DNA of 64,000 bases from Octopus vulgaris (taxonomy: Eukaryota), in contig OX597818.1 in the NCBI GenBank assembly GCA_951406725.2, positions 44,640,001-44,704,000 of the forward strand, read 5' to 3'. Position 1 is the first letter of the stretch. Every line of letters begins with the position of its first letter. Below are positions 52,331 through 64,000 of the stretch, in pieces. The position numbers and the translations under genes are program-made. The notes beneath the pieces are model-generated. The model had not been told where the DNA came from, searched no databases, and saw only the letters and a program-made list of their open reading frames with translations.

Positions 52331-53284
52331 AAAATGTTTTGAGTAGAAGAGGCACAAAGTATCAGGCAGTGGGATCAAATCTAGGATCCTTTCTTTAGTG
52401 AAGTACTTAACCGGTGGGGTCAGCAAAATGGTTAACATTGACCCCCTCGCCAAGGTCTATGTGGTTATCCAAGAGATTGATACTCTGACTATATCAACAT
52501 AATATGACTGAATTTTCATTGTTCTTTATCAATTTCATTAAGTATTTCCTTTAAATTTCTTTAAATATTTCTTAACCATTGGGTCTGCATGCTGATGCCA
52601 TGTGAGAAGCACTGGTGCTGGTGCCATGTAAAAGAACATTGGTGATGATGCTATGTAAAATGGTTGGTGTTAGGAAGGACATCCTGCTGTAGAAACCAAG
52701 TCAAAACAAATTAAGGAACCTGGTGTAACCTCTAAGCTTTCCAGTTTCTGTCAAGCTGTCCAACCCATGCCAGCATAGAAAACGGTCATTAAACATTGAT
52801 GATAATGCTGATAATGGTACCAAACATGCATAATGATATTCTTTCATGTTTAGTGTATTCTGGTTTGCTGAGCATTATGGATGGTCACTGGGGCATGCTT
52901 TTGTGGTTCAAGCAGAATCTTTAACTGATCACTGACCCATGTTACCACAGATCAATTTGTGATAAGCATGAAATGGTTCACAATTAAGCATACAGTATTA
53001 TCCTGGATCAATGATGAATGAGCAAAGATGTACCAAGGGAAAATGTGGAAATAATAAATAAAATAGTTTATTCCTACATTTAATAAATTGTAATTAATAT
53101 TTACTCCTATATTTGCAGCTTTTACTCACTGGAAAATTAAAAAAAAATATTATACATGCAAGGACACAGGAGTTCAGTTTATTAGCAGGCCCAGAGCATG
53201 AACAGCCATCCTGTCATTCCTAAACTACACTTGATCCTACGAAGGTGACCTGCATACCACAACAGAACTGAAATCCTAAAACCA

Positions 53285-53595
53285 AGGTGCAACATAAAAA
53301 GAACTGGTGTAGGTGCCACTTAAAAAACTCCTCTGATGATGTCACATAAAATGCACCCAGTACACTCTGTGCACTGGACGGATGGACACCATAGAAACCA
53401 TTCTATGGCTGGATGCCCTACCTAATGCCAACCACTCTATGGAGTGGTTGGCATTAGGTAGGGCATCCAGCCATAGAAACCAAGCCAAAACAGACTATGG
53501 AACCTGGTGCAGCCCCTAGCCTTACCATTTCTTATCAAACCATCCAACCCATGCCAGCATGGAAAACGGGTCTTAAATGATGATGATGATGATGA
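53285..53595 (+). mobile_element. Family C-related 3' end containing a perfect 37-bp hairpin (53401-53478)
   Basis: ttctatggctggatgccctacctaatgccaaccactc-tatg-exact reverse complement. Confidence 0.85.
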
Positions 53596-54144
53596 AACTT
53601 ATCACTCATGTTGCTATGTATATAAACTAATAGTGGTATAGCCAGAGTGTGTGCTGCCTGGGACAGCCATTGAGTTTGCTACCCCATCTCTGAATGCCCA
53701 AGTTTATACAGGCTTATGCAATCAATACTTGCCCCTTCCCCCTCTTTTCTTAGCTACATTACTGACATCAAATATGTCTTTCTACTGTGAAGAAACACCA
53801 ATGGGGGACATAACCAAGTCCCATTCCAAACAGCTGAGACATGGTTATTACACATATCAAGAGTGCATACTAAAAACACTATACTTTGTTTATCCATGAA
53901 TAACAACAGAACTTTCACAAATATATCAAATGTTGTGATGACTCACAACCTTTGATGATCTTTCATGACCATCAGCATTCATCTATCACAGAGACAAAAT
54001 AGTGCCCCAAATGTAGGGTTGTTTATTTTCTTTTGTTTTTTTTTTCTTTAGAGTTTTCATTTCCGAACACTAAAGTACAGCTCACATATCTGGTGGTAGC
54101 AGCTGTTACATATGTAAACATTCGATCAAAAGTAAACGAATAAT

Positions 54145-54612
54145 CATCATCATTGTTTAACATCCGCTTTCCATGCTAGCATGGGTTGGACGATTTGACC
54201 AGGGTCTGGGAAGCCAGGAGGCTGTACCAGGCTCCAATCTGATCTGGCAGTGTTTCTACAGCTCGATGCCCTTCCTAATGCCAACCACTCCGTGAGTGTA
54301 GTGGATGCTTTTTACGTGCCAGGCGAGGCTGGCAACGGCCACAATGAGTTGGTGCTTTTTACGTGCCACTGGCACAGAGGCCAGTCGAGGCGGTGCTGGC
54401 AACAGCCACATTCAGATGGTGCTTGTTACGTGCCACCAGTACTGGTATCACAACTACAATTTCCATTGATTTTTTTGATCGCTTTCGATTTCACTTGCCT
54501 CAACAGGTCTTCGCAAGCAGAGTTTTGTGTCCCAAGAAGGAAAGGTATACATAAGTGGACTGGCTACATCCCAGGTAAAGTCCACGGGTTATGGTCTCAC
54601 TTGTCCTGCCGG
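54145..54612 (-). mobile_element. Family C full 3' UTR
   Basis: Reverse-complement homologue of 40780-41438. Confidence 0.88.
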
Positions 54613-55064
54613 AAAACTAGAAGGCTGGTTGATTGATTTCATGATTTCACCAACGTGCTGTATTCACCTAACCCCAATAAAGTGATGCATTCTTCCTCCC
54701 TATACTTTACTACTGCTACAACAACTTCTACTTCCCCTATTGAGCTGCGTTTGGTGCTGCTGCTTCACCATATTACTATTTTATCCTATAAACTAACACT
54801 AAACATTTCACCTGACCTTATCTCCCAGAACTGCAACTTTCTACACATCTCTGCTGCTTCGCTCCAGGTCAGACCTGATTGAGCATATTTGCAATGGGAA
54901 AGCATTATAGAACTAACCATCATGTCTCTCCAAGGATGCTAAAGACTAGATTATTTAGTATGTTTTTTTCCATTTTTTTAAACAGCAGAGATGGCCTTTG
55001 AGGGAATTTGGTTGCTATTTCTAGTGTTGCATGTGACCACGTATAGTCTGCCCCATTTTACTCT

Positions 55065-55195
55065 GCTGCCTTTCATCCTTTCGGGGTCGATAAAATTAAG
55101 TACCAGTTCCGCACTGGGGTCAATGTAATCAACTTAATCCGTTTGTCTGTCCTTGTTTGTCCCCTCTATGTTTAGCCCCTTGTGGGTAATAAAAA
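55065..55195 (+). mobile_element. SINE family B 3' part
   Basis: gcctttcatcctttcggggtcgataaaattaagtacc plus tail. Confidence 0.85.
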
Positions 55196-55988
55196 AGCAT
55201 ACATTGACCTTGCTAGTTTGGAAGGTGCTGACACAGGCTGTGGCCCCTGTCTTCTTCAACTAAATTATGACAATAATATTTTTTAAAAAGTCATTGAAAG
55301 AGAACATTTGTATCACTAATGATGGTTAGACAATCAACAGCTGTGTTTTAATTAGAATAATTCCTGATTGTCTTGACATGCTACACATAATTTAGCTTTT
55401 AGTTAGATCGGGAAAGAGAAGCCTAATTAGATGAAGTTTACGGTGAAGTGAACTGTTGCAGTTATTGGTGCCTAACAAGGATACAAGGCTCCATATTTTG
55501 TGGGGAAAGGGAGGGGGTTAGTTGCTACCAATACTTGACTGGTTCTTCATTTTGTTGATTCTGCAAATATGAAAGACAAAGTCACCCTTGGTGGTAGGAT
55601 GAGAACTCAGAATTGAAAAGCTGCTAAACAGTGCAATGGTATAGCAGTTTTGCAAAGATCATTACTTTGGTGATATGTTGCAGATACAAAAACATAATGT
55701 GCTGTAAATCATGTGTGTGTGTGCATTTGTATATATATATATTGTGTGTGTGTGTGTGTGTATTGGGAGAAAGTGTAAGAATTTGTGCGTTCCATGCACT
55801 TAAAAATTATGGGACTTTATTTATGTAATATACATGGTTATGACATCAGTCATTGTTCATCTGAAACAGCTGTAAAGAAAGATGCTTATATCATGCCTTT
55901 ACATATTTGCTTTGCAGCCTTCCATATAAATTCATTTATTAAGCCTACTTTTGTTTATTTACCTCTTATATATATATATATATATATT

Positions 55989-56567
55989 TGTCATGTGGCA
56001 AGAATGAATGAGGATAGCTGTGAGAAAAAGTGTCACACCCTAGCGGTTGAGGGAACCTGTGGAAGAGATAGACCCAGGAAAACCTGGGATAAAGTGATGA
56101 AGCACAACCTTCAAACATTAGGCCTCACCGAGACAATGACTAGTGACCGAGACCTTTGGAAATATGCTATGCTAGAGAAGACCCGGCAAGCCAAGTGAGA
56201 CCATAACCTCGTGGCCTATGCCATGGATGTAACCAGCCCACTTATGCATATCTTTCCTTCATTGGACACTAAACTCTGCTTGCAAAGACCTGTTGAGGCA
56301 AGTGAAATCAAAATCAAATTCGATGACAGCACTGCTTGACTTGCATCCATGCTAGTGGAGCGCTAAGAGCACCATCCGAGCGTGATCGTTGCCAGGGCTG
56401 GTGAGTGGCTCCCGTGCCAGTGGCACGTAAAAAGCACCATTTGAGTGTGATCGTTACCGGCATCACCTTACAGGCACTTGTGCCAGTGGCATGTGAAAGA
56501 CAACATTCGAGCAAGATCGTTGCCAGTGTCACTGGGCTGGCTCCTGTGCAAGTGGCAAGTAAAAAAC
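55989..56567 (+). mobile_element. RTE-type LINE ORF2 C-terminus plus 3' UTR array (identifies the family C parent)
   Basis: HVARMNEDSCEKKCHTLAVEGTCGRDRPRKTWDKVMKHNLQTLGLTETMTSDRDLW...* is directly followed by the UTR and array units. Confidence 0.9.
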
Positions 56568-56785
56568 ACAAGTCTTTAGTTGGCCTGAGGCTATAGCAGA
56601 AGATACTTGCCCAAGGTGCCATACAGTGGGACTGAACACAGAACCATGTGGTTGGAAAGCAAGCTATTTACGACACAGCCACTCCTGTGCCTATCCACAC
56701 AGCCACTCCTGTGCCTATCCACACAGCCACTCCTGTGCCTATCCACACAGCCACTCCTGTGCCTATCCACACAACCACTCCTGTT
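56568..56785 (-). mobile_element. SINE family A head with 5 x 24-bp tandem copies of its A-box segment
   Basis: ccacacagccactcctgtgcctat repeated over 56671-56785. Confidence 0.9.
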
Positions 56786-57638
56786 AACATATTCCATACT
56801 GGGAGCATCTAAAACTACCTAGGAATTAATTAGCATTGAGAATAACTGATATTATTAAGTGACTAGGATTATTTAAAATTTTTTGGAAAGCACAAGAGAT
56901 AACTTCAGATACGTTTTGGTCTTATTCGGATCTCATTAGTAAAACAATTATTTATTTGCTAGACAATTCTATTTTCTTATGCCAATCCCTTTACACTACT
57001 TTAACACTAAAATATTATCTATATTGTGAGTGTATGTAATCTGCATATATAATTTTCCTGAGAACATAAGCTCAAGTAGTTTATCTGTGTGTATGGCTGT
57101 ATATGTCTGTGTATGTGTGTAGGTGTGTATGTAGGTGTATATGTGCGTGCGTGTGTGTGGGGGTGGGGGGTACATGCCTATGTATTTGCGTGGGTATAAA
57201 AATGTCACATTTTGATTACTATGAATTAACGGTGGAAATCTGGGGGTGCACTGATGCATGGCAACACTGTCGCTATGGTGATCGCTTTTGCATATCTTTC
57301 TTCATTAAACACCCGCTGAGACAAACACTTGTGCACACATATATATATCTGTGATGAAGATAAACAGAGTGAGAGGAGAAAGAGAAGGCATGATAGTAGA
57401 ACAAAAATGTAATATTATCTATTGACTAAAGTACATTAAATATATACAGAAACCACCATAGTAAATGCCTGTAGTCAAAGGAGATTTATGATAAACATTA
57501 AACAAAATCCATCAAAGTATTTGCCCCCAGAATCATATTTGTTCTGCTTTCAATTTTGCTTTCTAGATAATTGTGAAAGCCAGACAATATTAGTTTGGTC
57601 TTATAAAAATTTCTCAGCCATCTACAGTAACATTTTTT

Positions 57639-57675
<37 letters not shown>

Positions 57676-57843
57676 TATAAATATATATAAATATATATAT
57701 AAAAATATAAATATATATAAATATATATATATAAATATGTATATATATATATATGTAAAAATATATATATATATAAATATATATATAAAAATATAAATAT
57801 ATATAAATATATATATAAAAATATAAATATATATATATATAAA

Positions 57844-58245
57844 TATACATAAATTATTAGAGAGTTATCCACTATGTGGATAACTCTAGTGCTAAAAATA
57901 GCTCGAAGCAACCACAGAAGAACAGTTTCCAACTAGAATCAACATACATTTGACGGAGGGAAAGTGAAATACAACGAATAAAATAGATTAGAGTCAATCT
58001 ATTTTATTCGTTGTATTTCACTTTCCCTCCGTCAAATGTATGTTGATTCTAGTTGGAAACTGTTCTTCTGTGGTTGCTTCGGAGCTATTTTTAGCACTAG
58101 AGTTATCCACATAGTGGATAACTCTCTAATAATTTATGTATAAATTTGTATTTTCTCCGTAGTTTTTTGTGCTAAGCCACTTGGTGTTAAATTAATGGTA
58201 TTATTAAATTAATATCGATTTTTCACCCTCATTTATAATAATTAT
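57844..58245. repeat. Near-perfect fold-back: 146/147-bp arms (57844-57989 / 57996-58142), 6-nt loop, right extension, in (TA)n
   Basis: Arms are reverse complements with a single 1-nt indel by manual reading. Confidence 0.95.
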
Positions 58246-58287
58246 ATATAAATATATATATGTATATAAATATATATATATATAAAT

Positions 58288-58365
<78 letters not shown>

Positions 58366-58748
58366 CCATCTGAATACAGCCTATTTTATTTTTTTCTGTA
58401 TTGTGGTCTACTGTGTATCAGTTTGTCCTTGGATAGTTCCAATAGCATATTAGTTTGTCTACGAAAAATGGTTGCAAGTCTCTTGCTCTATTTCTTTCCG
58501 TTCTAGAGAAAAAAATTGCTGTCACCAATCCTCTTCTTAACCTTTCTCACAGTGCTGTGTAGCCAGTTGAGAGTGGGAGGTAGAGAGAGAGAGAGAGAAA
58601 GAGAAATGCACACAAGTGCTTGACTGGTATCGATAAACTATTTATATTTTTAAAAAATGTCAGCTATATATATATTTATATATTAGAATGAGATGATTGG
58701 GTGAGTCTGTTTGGAGACTAATAATTTAGTGTGGCTGACTGGACATTC

Positions 58749-59158
58749 TACTCTTTTACTCTTTTACTTGTTTCAGTCATTTGACTGCGGCCATGCTGGA
58801 GCACCGCCTTTAATCGAGCAACTCGACCCCAGGACTTATTCTTTGTAAGCCCAGTACTTATTCTATCGATCTCTTTTGCCGAACCGCTAAGTGACGGAGA
58901 CATAAACACACCAGCATCGGTTGTCAAGCAATGCTAGGGGGACAAACACAAACATACACGCACACATATATATATAGATATATATACATATATACGACGG
59001 GCTTCTTTCAGTTTCTGTCTACCAAATCCACTCACAAGGCTTTGGTCAGCCCGAGGCTATAGTAGAAGACACTTGCCCAAGGTGCCACGCAGTGGGACTG
59101 AACCCAGAACCATGTGGTTGGTAAACAAGCTACTTACCACACAGCCACCCCTGCACCT
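58749..59158 (-). mobile_element. SINE family A, full length
   Basis: Near consensus. Confidence 0.92.
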
Positions 59159-59301
59159 ATGCTTACAACAGAACTATTTGGCACTTGAGGCAAGTATACA
59201 CACATGCACAAGCATGCAGATATATATACACATACAGATAATGAGAGAAAGATATATATAGAGAGAGATAGATAGGGGAGAGAGAGAGACATTGCAATAA
59301 T

Positions 59302-59503
59302 CCCTTGTTATATATAGGCACAAGGCCTGAAGTTTTGGGAGAGGGGACTCGTTGATTACATCGACCCCAGTGTTTCACTGGTACTTAATTTATAGACCCT
59401 GAGAGGATGACAGGCAAAGTCAACCTCGATAGAATTTGAACTCAGAACATAGCGGCAGACAAAATACTGCTAAGCATTTGGCCCAGCATACTAATGATTC
59501 TGC
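59302..59503 (-). mobile_element. SINE family B with 17-bp TSD
   Basis: agagacattgcaataat at 59285 and 59504. Confidence 0.88.
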
Positions 59504-59719
59504 AGAGACATTGCAATAATAAATAAACATATTGATAGTCACTGTGAGGTATTGAACCTTCCATAGATACCAACACACATAAACAGAGAGAGGGGGAGGG
59601 AGGGGGATGAGAATAAGGGAAACATTAAGAATTCTGATTTCAAATAAGTCAACATCCAATCAGTGACACCAATTAGGCAATCCCCAAATAGCTGTACCAG
59701 AATGTCTTTATTATTTTTT

Positions 59720-60020
59720 TTTATGCGCCCTTTTCAAGCCTAGCCGGGCTCATGGGCCCAGTTTCCCAGCTTCTATGGTGTATGTGTTCCTCCCAGCTGG
59801 ATGGGACACCAGTCCATTGCAGCGTTACTCAAGAAACAGGAAGAAAGAGTGAGAGAAAGTTGGGGCAATAGAGTACAACAGGGGTCACCACCAACCCCTG
59901 CTGGAGCCTCAAGGAGCTTTTAGGTGTTTTTGCTCAATAAACACACGCAATGCCCAGTCTGGGAATCAAAACCATGATCCCCCGACCACAAGTCCGCTGC
60001 CCTAACCACTGGGCCATTTC
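59720..60020 (-). mobile_element. SINE family E
   Basis: Reverse-complement homologue of 30314-30622; aatgtctt flanks both sides. Confidence 0.85.
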
Positions 60021-61235
60021 ACCACCACCAAAATGTCTTACACCCTGTATATTCATGCATATCTATGTATGTCCATATATGCATCTGTGTGTACACATTA
60101 CACATGTGCATGTGTAATGTGTGTGTGTGTATGTTCATATGTGTATGTTCTTATTGCTTTAATTCTTATCAAATCTTTAACAACGCCTGAAGGATGAAAA
60201 GCTGAGTTAACCTCAGCAACATTTGAACTCAATACACTGAGAGCCAGAACAAATACTAGAAAAGCATTTTACCCAATTCTGTGGTGACTGCCACTTTGTA
60301 GCCTATCTGATTGCAGTAGAAATCTGAGGGAGTTTGGGCACTTTAATAACATGATCAATCACCTGATAACATAATGAATCTATACAACGAAGTTCAGGAA
60401 AATAGAATGCCAGGGATAACATTGTGTTGTTGTACGTGATTCTCTACAATGTAGTTCTGGGATAATATAAGCTATTAACTTTTATCAATTATTCAACGTG
60501 TGCCAAACAAGCCAAGATTTATATTCATGGGTTGTTGCTGACATATTCTTTTCTTTACTGGTTGCAATAACCAATATTCATCAACCTTTATACTAAACAG
60601 CATTTCACCAACAGAGCAGAGAAGCATTTAATTGGCTTGGCTGATTAATAAATGTTTATGGTCTGTAGTTCTAAATCCACATTTGTCAAGGTTGATTTCA
60701 CATTGTATTTTTCCTATGTTTGCTAGGTTTCAATTGCATGGTGCTATGAGATTATTATTTAAAACTACACCATTCCTTAACTGTTTGATCAGATAACATT
60801 TATGTGGGGGTATTTTCAAACAAGATGTGTACAAATTTATCTAGCAACAGCATAAAGGACGTTTAAATTCTTAATACCAATGTTTTAATTAGTTGGATTA
60901 TATAATGTTAATTAACAGGCTAGTTAACCAACATTATATTACTTGGTAAAAGCAAGCACACATGTATCAATAAATATCAGTGCTAGTTGCTACATCAATA
61001 AACATGCTTGGCTGACCATAAGGTGGATGTGTAATTTGATAAACTTAAAATGATACAAAGTATTCTGTTGTATCTGGGGAGAGTCATTTTCTTTTTGTGC
61101 CTAATAATGTAACACATTCACCGGTAAAATTTTCACTTTTTTCTTAATTTTATTTTCCTAAAAATTTTCATTGCATCTTGCAACCTTTTCAATAGTCTTG
61201 ACAAAGTATTAAGATCATACACACACACACACACA

Positions 61236-61292
<57 letters not shown>

Positions 61293-61626
61293 GCACACTC
61301 TCTCTCACACACACAGGTGTAAAGTTAATATTTTAAAAAATTAAAATGGTTATTACTTAAGAACCAGCAAAAAGAGAAAAACACAAAACAAACAATCAAA
61401 AACATATGGGTGCATACTATACATTTCACATATATATATATATATATGTGTGTTTAGGCACACAAGTAAATATTTGAGTGTGTATGTGCACATGCACACA
61501 CAAACACAAACACACACACAGAGTCTGAAGTAAAGTGCAAATGATCTTCTGGTTTATCAAACTTGCTAATTAAGGTGGATGACACTTTGCCCAAGGCACT
61601 GAGAATATTCAATATGCCACTGATAA

Positions 61627-61657
<31 letters not shown>

Positions 61658-62244
61658 TCCATCCATCCATACACACACACAGTGGGAAATGGAAGGTTCA
61701 GTACCACACAGTAACTATTAATTTCATCGTATGTCAGGAATCTTCAAAATTAGTCTTTGAACTACTAATGTTCCGAGCACTCTCTTTCTTACAAATACGA
61801 GTACAAACCACTTTGCTACACTTGTAAGTAGGGGAAACAAAGAGAAGGTTAGTTTTACAAACACAGGAAGTGTATATCAATTCCAACCACTTGAGCATCC
61901 AGATCGGGGTGGCCTTGTTACAAGTGAAGTGAATTCATTCAGTTGCTTAACTAGGATAAAGTTAGTTTCCACACTTAACTTGCTCAAGCTTTCCAGAAAT
62001 CTAACTAATTACTTACTTCCATCCATCTACCCACCCACCCATCCATCCATCCATCCATCCATCCGTCTGTTGATCTGTCTGCTTGCCTACATGCCTACCT
62101 GCCTGTTCATCCGTCTGTCTGTTTGTCTGTATTTGTCTGTATATGCATGCACGCAAGCGCGCACGCACACACACACACACGCATATACATACATACATAC
62201 ATACATGGAGAAGCAGTGATGAGTGAAAATTCTGTAGCTAATAA

Positions 62245-62595
62245 TAAGAGCACTCAGGGAGCACAAACCTCTACCAAGGCAACACCAACGTCCTCTCGAC
62301 AATTAGCCAGAGATGATTTTTAAAATGAGAATATCTGAAATAAACTCAACTGCTCTCACAAAAGAGAATACTAAAAATGAACCCAACCACTCTCAAAAAT
62401 TAAGTAAAAAACAGGAAAAATAATCCAGAATCCTTGTCCAGTTCTAAATTGATCCCCAAATCTAATCAGTTTGTGCCAGTCCTGAGGCCAAATATCACTG
62501 AAAGTTTCATCTGAATCCATCCATCAGTTCTTGAGATATCATGTCCACAGACAAACAAATCAAACAAACAAATATCACTGAAAAGGCAGAGATAA
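62245..62595. mobile_element. HINE/Helentron-like non-autonomous element
   Basis: agagcactcag..aaacctctaccaaggc ... (acaa)n ... ggcagagataat layout. Partial second copy at 35545. Confidence 0.55.
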
Positions 62596-62844
62596 TAACG
62601 ATGATCATAAGGTTAAAACTTGTAAGTGTTCACGGTGTATTTGCTAACATGTATTTGCTAATAAAACTAGTCTCAATTTTGAGGCATATAAACCCTCAGT
62701 GTACTAACACCCACCTGTTTCTATTGAGGGCTTATATGCCCTAATATTAGACTCTTTAACCAATACACAGTGAATGCTTATAAGCTTTAAGCTTATAATT
62801 ATTATTATCATTATTATATATATATATATATAGGGAGAGTTTAC

Positions 62845-63000
62845 GAAAAAAACAAAAAATGAAGACAGGTTGGTGTACAAAACAAACAGATGTATTAGTA
62901 TAACGCTCAGGAATAGAAAAAGTCTTTTATGTTTCGAGCCTACGCTCTTCTACAGAAAGGGACACAGAAAAAACAAGGAGAGAAAAAATTGTGTGTAGTG
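62845..63000 (-). mobile_element. Penelope-like terminal repeat with minimal hammerhead motif (62922-62960)
   Basis: cttt-CTGTAGA-a-GAGC-gtag-GCTC-GAAAC-ATA-aaag. Confidence 0.7.
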
Positions 63001-64000
63001 GCTAACGATCTATCATGGCGACTGATATATATATATTATATATATTATATATATATATATTTTTTTTGTATGTGTATATGTGTGAGTTTATTTATTTATT
63101 TAAAGTTGATGCTTTTTCTCCATTGTCACCTATGTCGTTCTAAACAAATAAATACATATACACATATATACATACACACATTGGAATTCCTGAAGAAGTA
63201 CTTATTTACTTACTTCCCAAGGACGTTTTTGCTACCCCAGATTTGATAGATTAGCGTACCCCAATAAAAATTTGGCAGAGAAACACTCTGCATAAAAAAC
63301 AAAACAAAACGAAAAGAAAAGAAAAAAACCCCAGAAAACCCCAGTTATGTTTGGGTATGTTTCCTGTAGAGTTGAGGTTGCTGTTAACATTAACAGGAAG
63401 TGTAGATTGCCGAAGACTCATAACTATTATGCCATGTCACATTCTGAAGGTTATACATTCGCAAAGAGAAGATAGCTTCAAAATACCTAATGAACAACTA
63501 CGAAGTCTATAAACCTCAAGATGCAGCTGAAAACGTTCAATTATGTTACATATTACATGTGATCCGCAGCTGCCCCAAAATGCCAAGCGGTTACTGCATT
63601 TTAATGCAGTAATATGACGTTGTTAAAGCAATATACAGTCTGGTGATTATGTTCTGGGTGTGCCAAAATATACACTACAGGTTGTAAATTTTCCTAATAG
63701 TAATTCTGTTTTGCATAGTAGAAGAGATTGTCAGGATCATGTGGTATTCAATATAGAACAAACCTGTAGTTTGTATGCATATTTTTTTTAGTAATTACTT
63801 GTGGTAGAATAGCAGGTACAACATTGTAGCTAAAACTGTGACAACAACCACTGTATGCTTCTATATATAGTGCCATTCGTAAGAAAAACTTCCCCGGGAT
63901 AAATATAGGAAATATTTCTGTTGTTGAATACGTTCATTCATTTCAACTTGACAAGTATCAGCGGAACTTTCCTGACAAACTTTCACCAGATGCAAGTGTA

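Noticed and set aside
56908-56942. Another hammerhead remnant (CTAATGA-GATC..GACC-AAAAC-GTA, minus strand)
   Set aside because: Needs three substitutions to fit and has no second copy in the window, so it is too degenerate to call
58103-58121. DnaA box TTATCCACA in a palindrome
   Set aside because: Short chance match inside a eukaryotic repeat with no bacterial context

Overview
AT-rich, microsatellite-dense animal genomic DNA. The repeat repertoire (tRNA-derived SINEs, RTE/RTE-X/BovB and Tx1 LINE fragments, Penelope-like remnants, Helitron and MITE derivatives) is most consistent with an octopus or other coleoid cephalopod; this is recognition from memory, not a database search. No intact, recognisable protein-coding gene is visible. 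Almost all listed ORFs are read-throughs of microsatellites or SINEs, or decayed LINE ORF2 fragments. A CpG-enriched, promoter-like island lies at about 50.3-50.8 kb, and there are a few weak candidate + strand exons. Three structures stand out. (1) A recurring fold-back architecture of 75-170 bp inverted arms with a one-sided extension, embedded in (TA)n and linked to Penelope-type terminal repeats. (2) Several hammerhead ribozyme motifs, some with non-canonical cores shared between copies. (3) An RTE-type LINE whose 3' UTR carries a variable-copy ~62-bp structured tandem array. Boundaries of diverged repeats are approximate.
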